Source of the DNA: Ramazzottius varieornatus
Taxonomy: Eukaryota; Animalia; Tardigrada
Length of the DNA: 64,000 nt
NCBI GenBank assembly: GCA_001949185.1
Contig: BDGG01000001.1
Location: forward strand, 7,266,149-7,330,148
Direction: 5' to 3'
Shown here: piece after piece, positions 36,635 through 48,047 of the stretch
How the letters are laid out: every line of letters begins with the position of its first letter
Position numbering within the stretch: position 1 is the stretch's first letter
Notes under the pieces: model-generated
Database searches by the model: none
Told to the model about the DNA's origin: nothing
What the model saw: the letters and a program-made list of their open reading frames with translations, nothing else
Made by a program: the position numbers and the translations under genes

Positions 36635-39600
36635 ATGCATCTCAATACAGTGACAGATGGATTAATATTGACCTGTCTCCTGTATTTCCTGTCAGTATTC
36701 TCCGTTGCCGAAACCAAAAAAGTCTCTTCAGTCTACGATGCTATGGTATGCTTAATCTCGTTCAACAACATTTTCAAAATTAAATATTGGAAACTACTGC
36801 GATCGAAGGCTTGATTCCCAGCTTTTTCTTTCTACGTTAATATTCGGAAGCTAGCGCAGTGAAGCAGGCTTTTAAGAAGTTCCAAAACTATGCATTCTTC
36901 GACAGCGAAAAAGCAACTGGACTGAAATACTGTTGGAAGGTGTGTTTTTCGCGGAGTGCGGAAGAGCAACCACATTTTTTTCTCAGGCGGTATACGTGTG
37001 TAAGTGTTGAAGTTTCGTGTGTTGACTCGGTTGAGATGTGGGAATGTGCAGAAGGGTTCTCCAGAGGTCGTTCACGGAGTATCAATCAAGACGACAAGGT
37101 ATACCCGCTGGTTGTTGATTTGGTCAAGTAAGAGGGATAGATCGGGTTACCGGCTGCCGGTAGGCATTTGTGTGCAATGTGGTCAGATTTCTGCACGGTG
37201 CGTACTCGCGCCGTCCAAATGTCCGCAAGTCATTCCGCTCAGTCTCATTTCTGGTCGAGCTCACATTCCGCTTCCCTGCAAACAAAGCCAAGAGTCTGCT
37301 CGTCGTTTCTCTGTCCTCACATGGTTGAAACATTTTAGCGAAGAAAAAAACTCAAAGTCGAAAACAGAAAAATAATCGAATTTTCAAGATGGAGAAGTTT
37401 TTTGGTTTCAAAATGGGTCCTCCAAAATATTTAACGATATTTATCTACGGTTTCGACAACGCTCTCCGTGTGTTTCTCGGCTTGGAAGAGACATGTGGCA
37501 AGTGTGGGTCGGAAATAGACTTGACCTTAACATTTTCTGTTGAAAGTGAGGGTCGCCATGTTCAGTGCGTGATGATAACTGTTTGTCCAAGTATTGCGCG
37601 GACAAACTTAGCCGCAGCTTAGTCGCGCTGGTCGTATTGATATCTCGGCAATCTTAAAGGAAAACCAAGGTCAAGTCAGACAGTCAGTGAGCCAAGAATA
37701 AAACAATGTTGCATAATTATTTCTCATCGATCGCGGCACAACGTCTCTCACGCGGACTGCGCTTGTCGAAGCAACGGACGAGAAAACTCAAAGATAAAAT
37801 TCGACAAAATAAGAAATAAAGTTTAATAAAGTGAGATAGATAAGTCGCGGAAAAATCATCGGTTTACACAAAACCGGTAGAAGTAACGGGAGATACCAGT
37901 CAGAGTAATTGAATTTTAGGCTTCTTCCGAAAAGCGCATGTTTGTAATCAGCCTGGAGGACTAAGTTTTCGAAAGTATGCCTTACAGGTCTCTGAATTGA
38001 AATAACATCGTCCTTTTTTCAGCATTACCTGGGTCAGTTTGGCTATCTACCGAATGGACAACAACGCGGACTTGGATACCAAATAACCCGGCAAGAGTTC
38101 TCGAAAGCCATACGACGTTTCCAGAAGTTTGCCAACCTCCGGACAACCGGTTAGTGCACAATGATATTTCGAACTTGGAAGTCAACAACATTTCGGCAAA
38201 TTTTGTGAATGATATAATTGGTGCTCTGACTGGCACTTTGCGTACGGTCAATTGCCGACTTTTACAAATGGCGTCCATCGCGACATTTGGCCGTTATGGG
38301 TTGATTGGCGGGAGCGAGCGCTGACAGATGTACTGGCCGGCGCACATTAGGTATTCATGATGGATATGATGGGGATTGAGGGGGGTTGGCAGTCAAGGTT
38401 AATAATTCTAAAGTTATTGGGCAAATATTGACCCGGCAGGGTCTTGTCTCCCTCATTAGCATGCCGCTCATATCTGGCCCTTATACTACAGGCTCGCTGG
38501 ATGCCGACACCATCAAGATGATGAATGCACGCCGCTGTGCCAATCGCGACGTGGAGCAACTGACCAACGCGCTGGGCTTGTACAGAAGCAAGAGGTTCGC
38601 TACAGCCGGCGCCTGGGACAAGCGTGCCCTCACGTGGTCCGTCCGTGAGTTCCCACCGAGAGACTCTGCCACTACGCTGACCGACGCCCAAATCCTTCAA
38701 GTTGTTCGTGAAGCCTTCAGGGTACGTCCCCAATCATTACGCCATTAATCACCATGCTTTGTACTTGGGTCCGCGAACCGACCAGTTTCTAGGACATCGT
38801 TTGAGACATCGACAAGTCTTTCCCATTGGCACATATGTGCATACGTCCACACTGTAGCCTCAACGCAAGTTTTAGTAGGGAGGTTCATGAAAGACTTCTC
38901 GTTCTTAAAAACAAGTATGCGTACACTGAGGGCACCTGCATACCTAGTCACCGTAGTTGGAACATAGTTGTGCGTATGCAGGTGTGAAAAGCGAGCGCCT
39001 GGTTCGCACAAACCTACATGCTCACGCAGTACGGTAAAGCCATGGGTCGCTGTACGCAGGTGGATGAGATGCTGATCAAACGACGTTGATACCCATTTTA
39101 GCTTGAGTATTGTATCTGAAACTGGACCATCATTTCTGTATTATTCTCTTAGTTATGGGCCGATGGTTCCAACAACCTTCTAACATTCACCGAAGTGCCT
39201 AAAGATTCCGTTCGTCTCGCCGACATTGATATCCGCTTCACGAAAGGTGTCTTGCCCAATGGACTCATCTTCGACGGACCCGATGGCCTGGCCTCGTACT
39301 CGTTCTACCCGACCAACCCCGACTTTCCCGGTGACATCTACTTTGACGCTTCGGAAAAGTGGGCTCTGAAAGATGACGGCATCAACCTCCTGCAAGTCGC
39401 CACACAAGAGATCGGCCATGCGCTGGGTCTTGCTCACTCGGACGACCCCAATGCCGTCATGTGGCCTTTCTACGTTGGGTTCGAGGAAAACTTTCAGCTG
39501 GGTCAAGACGACATTAACGCCATACGCGCACTCTATGGAGACGATAAACCTAGGTTAGCATAACACAGAAACAATAACCAAATAAGGCAAAGAAAGTCGA

Positions 39601-40915
39601 CAGAAAAGTTTGTCCTATTGACGCACTTTATCAGCCCATAACACTGTAACGTGCGCCACTTGAGAAAAGTTTCCAACTCAAAAAGATGGTTTTGTCCATT
39701 GGCGCATAATTCCAGCCAGTAACATCGAAGGCATGCGCCACTTGAGAAAATAATTTTGTTGGATGCAAAATATTTCAAAAAAATCATGGCCGGAAATTGT
39801 GAAGATCAATTGCAATGATTGGTAACGTATTATTCAGATTGACCGGTTCCGGTGGTCTTCAGCCCATTGATTCCGCCAGCGAAGCCGTAACTAGCAAGAA
39901 CGTTCAGCCCAGCACGTTGATGCCGCCCTTCCTTGGCTTCCCCATCACCGAGCGACCCATGACCGGTGTCGGTGCTTCGCGCCTGCCCTTCATCCCCGGT
40001 CCATCGGCCACTGGTGCCTCGCCCAACCTAGCTGCCACCGATCCCTGTCAGGTGGGCTTCGTCCCCGACGCCATCGTCCAGACACGCGACGAGAACATGT
40101 ACTTGTTCAAGAACAACAACTACTGGCTGATCCGCTACACCGAGTCCAAGGGTATCGAGATACCGGCCGGCTATCCCAAACCCATCTCCGACTGGGGCAA
40201 CATTCAAGGACCCATTGATTCGGCCTTCACCGGCTTGAAGGGCAAGACCTACCTCTTCAAAGGGAAAGAGTACTGGAAGTTTGATAATATGGTCAAGGAA
40301 GGAGGTTATCCCAGACTGATCGCTAATGGCTTCCCCGGCATTCCTGATAGCATTGATGCGTCGTTCGTGTGGCCGGGAGACAACTTGACATACTTCGTGA
40401 AAAGTGAGCTACCCAATGAGATATCGTAGAAAAGTCTGCAATGCTGGTTGTATTGAACATCCTAGTGACCGCACAAACTTCCAGTCTTAGCTTTCAGGAT
40501 GGGCTCTAACACGGTTGAACCTTTTTTCCCAGATAAGCAGTTTTACACGTACGACCCAAAAAGATTTCCTCCGACTCGCGGCGCTCAAGACCTCTTACTG
40601 GACGGAGTCCATACTGATGTTCATGCCTCGTTTCTATGGTTGTCCTTTAACCGAGCAATCCTTATCAGCGGTACACAGCTGTACGGCCTTTCCAACGGCA
40701 AATTTGAGGTAAGTTTTCGATGGTGGCTCGGCATTTCCGGTTTAGTGGACAGGATGACAATTTTGTCTGTATTGCAGATTGCCGAAGGGTTTAATTTTCC
40801 AGCAGCTTTCCTATACGACTGCGCCGAAGCGGCCAACCTACACTACGGAAGACCGCGACCACGACCCAGAACTTCGAGGGAAATGTTCAAGAGGTTACGG
40901 GAGAGTAAAGAATAA
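36635..40915 (+). CDS. Matrix metalloproteinase-like protein (signal peptide, prodomain, M10 domain, hemopexin repeats) with non-canonical zinc sites
   Basis: GCCACCATG start and a hydrophobic signal; AM|HYLGQFGYL; cysteine switch RRCANRD; furin site RSKR; QEIGHALGLAHS; Met-turn AVMWP; hemopexin repeats IDSAF..KTYLFKGKEYWKF. Confidence 0.92.
38835..39061. repeat. Three family-B palindromes in an MMP intron
   Basis: Arm pairs at 38835-38884, 38934-38983 and 39012-39061, each with an exactly 30-nt spacer. Confidence 0.8.
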
Positions 40916-41405
40916 ACAGGCTCATGTCACGAAATTTGGGAAAGCGGATAGAATTTGTACTTTTGTTTGGATAGCTGACTCTTGTGGGCAAAATTCTCGT
41001 TATTGTACCCGTGAAAACTACGTTATTGCTGCAGGCCGTTGATAATCCGAAGCCTGAAAATGCGACCGTAACTTCCTAACGGGTCTCTCTGGTGGGACTT
41101 TTTACTTTGCGGTCTCTGTCTTTTACTGTACTTCTCGAGGAAACTTACAATTGACTCGTCCATAAATGCTGCCAATCTGCAAATCGCAGGTTACAGATGA
41201 GAGCTGTCAGCCATGAATACAATCGTCGGCGTACTTGGTCGAGATAACATTGTTCTTGCAGTTCGATCCAAGAAGGTAATAAGCAGATAAGCACGAGCTA
41301 TATTCGTCTCGTGGACATGCTGTACACAAACTACAAACTCAAAAAGCAGTTCACATCTTTCTGGCCTTCAATAACGACCCTACCGAAAAAGCTTCAATTC
41401 AGTGA

Positions 41406-42234
41406 ATGGCTGTTGCTCTATGGGATTATCGGCGAGGTCCTGCGGTTGGTGTGAGTCTGGTAAGTGTCTTGCTGGTCCTTATCCCAGTGGACAGCACCCC
41501 TCTGACATGTCACGTATGCATCCCGACAATGGCCGATCCCCTTCGTTGTCAAAAGCTGGAATACTCACACTATGCGGAACCATGTGCCACCAACACCACC
41601 AGCTGTGCGACTATGTACATACCTGTTGACACTAGCGCATCAGGTACGGCTTTCCATTTGACAACACAGAACAAACCACTCTACGATAGCTTGTCACTAC
41701 AAACGTGATTGTTTCTCTTTTGATGGCTGTGCACGAGACTCCTGCATACTACGACTTCCAGGTTCGTATTGCAACCCATAATGTTATTTTGTTTTAGCCA
41801 AGATCATTTTTCGCGGCTGCGCCCAGGAACTGGAAACCCTGAAAATTGCCACCTCTAATTGCGAAGTATGGCCGAAGATGAGGAACTTTATGTTCCTACC
41901 AACGACGTACTCGTCCGAGGCAGTCACAAACAGGTCTTTTACTCTCGTGGGGACTTCCGGCGAACGCGCCGAAGCAAGACGAATGTTGCGAAACCTCTTT
42001 CCGCGTTCTGATCCAACCCGAATTAATATTCTCCGTGTGCAGCCAGCACTTACAAGACTCCCAACACCTATGCAAGAAATGTACACCTTCCACAACTACC
42101 GACAAACCACCACTTGCTTCTGCAAAGACAAAGACCGTTGTAATGACGAGTATAATTCATCCATTAGAGCATCGTTCTCCTTGTCAGTGGTGACTGTGAT
42201 TTTATTCCAATTCGTCTATTGTCATTTTATGTAA
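41406..42234 (+). CDS. Ly6/three-finger (Quiver/Sleepless-like) secreted, probably GPI-anchored protein, 2 exons
   Basis: Signal peptide, LTCHVC, C..C..C spacing, IFRGC, terminal CFCKDKDRCN and a hydrophobic tail. Intron 41644-41797. Confidence 0.8.
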
Positions 42235-42524
42235 CACATTGAGAGTTTCCTGAACTGGTTCCAGTCATTCGCCATCACGTGTGCAAAGAAAAACGCGCCA
42301 GCGATATCGATGCTTCTTCCAGCTGTCAAATTTGCAATGGTAAAAGAACAGGAAGTTGTAGAACTTTTTCACGCGCTCCAGGGTGAATACGCTGCTTCCT
42401 GTTTTGATTTCTCATACATAAGAAGGTTGCTTTATTTCGGAAGGAAGCTCTTTAGGATTTTGTACCACCAGTCCACAGCCTTTCTGTCTTTTGTGATCAA
42501 AGTACGTCGTTGTATCTGTAGATC

Positions 42525-43010
42525 ATGGCAATCAAGGTTTTCCTACTGGTTACGGCGTGCGGTGAGCTCAATTATATACTAGGATCACCCCTAAAATTCC
42601 TTTCGGTCAGTTGATCACAATAAATTGTGTTTCTTGTAGTCACCTTGCAGATGGTAGCGGCAGCCAAGAACAAAGGTGGCTCTTCCCTGCCTACCAAGAC
42701 GTTCAGAGGGGACGCTACTTTCACTACGCCCGGATTGGGAGCCTGTGGGAAAGTCAACCGCGAAGGACAGCTGGTGGTAGCCCTCAACCGCCAACAATAC
42801 GGCAACTTTGCTGACTCCAGGGAAGGACCATGGTGCGGCCAGTGTCTGAGAGTGACGTCGGACAAGTTTGGTACATCCGTCGTGGTTGAGGTTGTCGACC
42901 GCGCCGAAGGACGCGAAGGACACATCGTGCTGTCAGAAGCTGCCTTCAAGAAACTGGCGTCGACAGATGAAGGTCGCATTAATGTCTCTTACAAACTGGT
43001 CGACTGTTGA
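42525..43010 (+). CDS. Secreted RlpA-like double-psi beta-barrel protein (expansin/loosenin-like)
   Basis: Signal MAIKVFLLVTAC|VTLQMVAAA (intron 42562-42639); GDATFTTPGLGACG, VVALN, WCGQCLRV, VVVEVVDR, LSEAAFKKLA, GRINVSY. Confidence 0.88.
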
Positions 43011-43650
43011 TTTATCTTCTGTCCCGGCCATGCACTGTGGTTTGTGTGCAAGTACAGCTAACTGTACACCCTTTGAGCTGTTCGATCAAAAAGTACTTTC
43101 ACCAAGTACAAAATGATCGCCATTCTGAATCATAGTAACTGGGTTGTGAAACGACGCGTCGAATGTTGACAGGGACAATGATCAATTTTCTAGACGGAAT
43201 TCTTCGTCGAAGTCGTGGATCGGGCCGAAGGTTCCGAAGAACATATCGTTTTAATTTGTCCCCAGCTGCATCCGAACGACTGGCGCCCAAAGACTTCGAC
43301 ATATCGAAGTGTCTTACAGTATAAGCTTGCCGACTGTAACTAGACTGGCTGACAGGAAGCCTCACACGAATGAATTCTTTCGTCGAACGCAAGTTGAAGT
43401 CAGTTATTATGATTCAAAATCCAACTGCGAACCGCGAGCCCTGTTCTCCGATATTCTGTGTCTGAAAACTGTACTCGTTGCTCCGTGACAAAACGCGTAA
43501 CTTCACACTACCGTACGCGAATCTTCTCACAGGCATATGGGAACATTCAGCTCATGCCTTCTAATTCAAAGTAAGTTTTGTTTGTCATTTGGCAATTAAT
43601 AAAATCGAATATCGGATTAATATGGTGTTCTATGCATACGTGAAATTATT

Positions 43651-46600
43651 ATGTCGGAGGCGGAAGTGACCAATTCTGTGCTCGTTAATAACAGTACTGT
43701 GAAACCGCAAGGGAAAGCGCAGCTATTACTTAACTTACTTCGCCGGAAGTCCACTCTACCACCCATAGGCAGACTACCACCATCTCAAGAAGCCTCTCAC
43801 TCCATCGACCGAAAAGTTTGTTCTCAGGTGCTACACTCTGTTGCCGAAGAACAGTCTATTGACAAGTCCTTGACTGTGCCATCTTTTCATAAATCGTCCC
43901 ATCAATCCAAGCTCAGGCCTCCCGCTCCACTTCCGCCTATCAAAGTCGAGACACCCAAAGAAACCGTTACTGCTGAGAAGGAGATCAACTCGACTTACCG
44001 ATCAAATCATTCCGAGCCATTTTCGCACAAAGTCTTTTCTTTGTTAGAAAGAACAGGAGAAGAAGTCAAGAATGAGTCAGAGACACCAACGAAGAGTGAT
44101 CGTCGTCGGAGTTCACTTGTCGCGCCTCCGCGGAACAACGCCATCAGTGACTGTTCAGATTACCGGAAGAACAAATCACCACCAAAACCTGACACACCAA
44201 AATCCATACCGCAGAAGCCTTCACGCAAGTCTCTTCGACCTTTCCACGACGACGACTCCTTGCTGCGCGATGTCAAAAATCCGTTCGAGTTTGTCCCAAA
44301 AGGGCGAAAACACCACACTGGCCAGAAGACACAGCCGAGTTTCAAGAGTCAGTCGCTGCATTCGGATACGTCAAACTGTGCAGCAACAGTTTTGCCTGAA
44401 CGATCAGCGGAATGGTTCACCCAAGCTCGTAATCAGTGGGTCAAGAAGGCTCGAGCTATAGAATCTATGCAATGGACTATTGGAAATAAGGAAGCTCATG
44501 AAAAGCGTGTGGAACGCTTCTTCGTTACGACGCAAGCAGAGAACAGGTTCTGCGACGTTGTCATTCAAACTACGGACAATCATACCATCCATGCTCACTC
44601 TTTGGTACTAGCTGCGCACTCCAAAGCTTTCCAGAAACGACTGCTGGCCATGAATCCTGGAACAGGCGTACCCACAACGTACAGGTTGAACTTGACGGAT
44701 AAAGTATCGGGAGCGATGTTAGCCAAAGCGGTTAACTGGATGTATAAAGGATACACTAGAATACCAGCTCACCAACTCGAGGTATGTACACTATCATGCT
44801 TGTGCGTTCAGATTTGTCGGGCTGTGTCGTTATCGCAAACATGCAAGAAAACTGGTGGTAAACGGTAAAAATTCTGATGGTCGCGATGACGTCATACGCC
44901 ACTTTGAACCACGTAAGGTATTCTGATATCTGATGGAGCCTTATGGGCTGGAATTCCAGGAGTTGTCTCGTGTCGCCCGATACTTCCAAATCGTCCTCTT
45001 AGCAGTCGAATGTGTAAAAAGAAGGCGTGAGATGGAAACAGAAGCTGGAGACCACAAGTTGGTTCCAGAAGAAGCAGACGCGAGCAGCGTTTCTCAAGCG
45101 CCGTCAAGCCTTCACAATGCCCCGCCAGTTGGACTGCATAACTTTCCGGAAAGACCTGCAAGGAGGCGCGATCAGTTGCCCATCCAACAACCAGCTGAAA
45201 ACTTTCCTGAGTTTGTACGGGGCTCACCGAGATTAAATACTGGACAGCTGAGAGATGGACCAAGTCGGCTAACCATCTCAAGTTCCACCCAGTGGTCCGA
45301 TCCACCGTCCGCTCGATCAACCGGCGCACTTTCCCCCAAAGAACTGCCGGAGCCTTCCATCTCCAAGCTCCCATCTGGCGTATCGTCAGAATTTGGATAT
45401 ATATTTAAAGAGGAAAGCTTTCCAGGAAAATTTTTAAATAAGACTAAGCTCGAAGCTCGAAGCGATTTAATGAGCAAGGAAGTTCGGGACGTTCGGGACG
45501 CCGCGATGACGTCAGCTGCGCCTCCTGTTGAGGCTGCAGAAGAGCCTTCCATCGCAAATATGACGGTCAAGCAAATGCATGAGCTTCTCAGCGACGACAA
45601 TCTAGACGTTCAGGTAAATTTCACCAGTTTAGGAGAATCCAGGATGCATGCTTGTCATTGTGTTGTCTTGGTCGTAGTCGGAGCTGGAGGTTCTGGACGC
45701 GGCGATGGCATGGATCGCTGTAGCGCCTTCCCAAAGAGAAATCTATACGCACCACCTTTTGTCCTGTGTTCGTTTCTGCCACCTGTCTAATGATGAACTA
45801 AAGTCTTGTTTTCATTCTAATCCAGAATATTTTAAAATCCCTACTTTTAGGAATCTTATTGGTAACGCCTTTCGTGCGAGAGCACTCGTTGACAATGGCC
45901 GACCTGTTCCAAATGGCGCTCCAGATCTTCCTAGAAAGAGATGTGCTTATATTAACAACAATCCAAGTTATCTAACCGTTTTTCACGGGGTATTGGGAAA
46001 TCTGGTGTTGTACAAGTCCAGAAATCGTGGTAGAAGAATTACCAGTACCAGGTGTGACCTTAACGCTTGGCTTCGCACGCGCACATGGGTACAGTGCGTG
46101 TTGAGGAGATCCGGCATACGACTAGCGAGGTCCAGCCTTGTCCTGAGTGAAGATTCCGAGTGCGGTGGAGTTCGGAGATTCTCGATTTTTCAATGAGGCC
46201 TACCCTAGCGCACCAGTACTGAAGGCTGCTCTGGGGTCGAGGAAGACCGCCACAAAACTTATTTTTGAACAGGAAAGTCTCAGCTGCTGCGGCATGTGTG
46301 AGTACGTCAACACCACGAATAGAGTCCATAGACTCACAAGACCGTTGTTATGATGACTATGATCTTACGCACGCGAACACTCTATTTCAGTGCGGCCTGC
46401 AGCCCAGTATGCATCGATTTTCGGTACCCGTACGAGTAGCGAGGCAAATGCAGCATGCACTGCCAATGCCATGCGGTGAACGCCTACACTATACCGTAGG
46501 ACGATATCGTGACTGTAGTGGACCAAAGCAATACATACTCGGCCAGGTTTCGTCTTCGTGGTGTATCATGCATCATGCATGGATGGGAAATGGTTTCACC

Positions 46601-47280
46601 TGATCGAGATGCATCTGGTAACGTGAGTATTCTTCGTATTTATACGCAACCATTGGACCATATTTTCAAGGCATTGCAAACGGGTTTACCATCCTGTAAT
46701 TCTGGTGGCGATGACGACGCCGGTGGTTTTTGAGTTTGGTGATATTTCGGACCATCTATTGCAAGAAATACTACGGTATTTGAGTTTTCGCTACAGTTGC
46801 AAGACCCGCAGGTAAGCAAAATTCCTCGCAGGTGAGCACAATGTCCTAATTTTCACCCGATGCGTGTAATGCGTAATAGGTAAAAGTATGGTTAGTCTAC
46901 GAGGAAATCAAAGGTTTCTCACTACGTTTTTCATACGGTTAAGAAACTTTATATGGGCATCAAATCAACCTGCTCTGGTTTTTGAATAGTACAATGTCAT
47001 GTGGGTATTTTCTCCTTATGAGAATGCGTCCAAAGTATGTCTGACCAAATTGTTCTGGAGAACGTTCGGAAGTTTCGGGACCCTGGAGTCTAACTGTAAC
47101 GAGACCAATACCTACAACAAACAGACCCCGAGGAACGCGAATCAAAAGTCCGAATCAAGTTCTGACCACAGGTCAGAAAGCCACAAGCAGCAACCTAAAA
47201 GGGCCCGAAGACTGTGTAGTGCAAGGATCGGCAAACGCAACGGTCAAATACGATGTGCGCAGCTGTGTCCAATCAGTTAA
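43651..47280 (+). CDS. BTB/POZ-BACK domain protein with long low-complexity regions (3' exons uncertain)
   Basis: BTB motif FCDVVI...HAHSLVLAAHSKAF...VNWMYKG and BACK motif LLSDDNLDVQ|SELEVLDAAMAWI...LLSCVRF. No Kelch repeats were recognised. Confidence 0.7.
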
Positions 47281-48047
47281 CCAAACACTAGCTTTAGTCC
47301 TACAACATGTACCGAACGTTGTCGCTGGTGCATGTCGCCGGCTGAATTGCGTTGCCAACGCGAAGACTGGCCCTTTACACCCCTGTGGTTTATGATTTAT
47401 TAGCTTGAATTTTTTCAACCATTTTTTCTGGTTTCATCACCGCGGCAAAGTGCGGCAAATTGAACCTATGATGCGGTTCAATATTCCGAGGAACGTGATG
47501 TCATAAAAGGCCAGTTCCAAGCGAAAATGCTTTGGACGCAGTCTCATATGGAGATACTCATGTGCCGAGTGCTAGCAGGTCTGTATGGGTGAGAAGGTAC
47601 GCGGTAAAACTAGCGGACTGGTCCGTGTAAAATCGCATGAAGTTGTCCACCCTGAAAACTTTGCACATGTATGTGTATCGTAACTTGACTGATCAAGCTC
47701 AGCTGATTTTTCGAAAACAGTCTTTTTACCATTGTGCTGACTGTACGTCTTCCCAGCGGATGTTTCTCACGAAATCCGCTCTTCTTTCCTGTCTACCATG
47801 TTTTACAAATAGATAAAGGTTTTTCCCTATCGAATAATTCAAAAAGTAAGAAAAGCTTATCAGCAGATGAGGAGATCTGGGGTGGACAAGTACCACATGC
47901 GATGTCACATGGACAAGTCCGCTAGTTTTACCTCGTATAGCATTCTGATGAGTCAGGAAGGAACTTTGAACGAAACATTTCTGTTCCGTACAAATATCAG
48001 TTTTCTTACAAGTCTTATGTGAAAATGGTACACGCAATGAACGGAGG

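Noticed and set aside
38835-39744. CRISPR-like appearance of repeats with constant-length spacers
   Set aside because: The arms are inverted pairs, arrays have only 2-3 units, family-A spacers are homologous to each other, there are no cas genes, and the context is eukaryotic introns.
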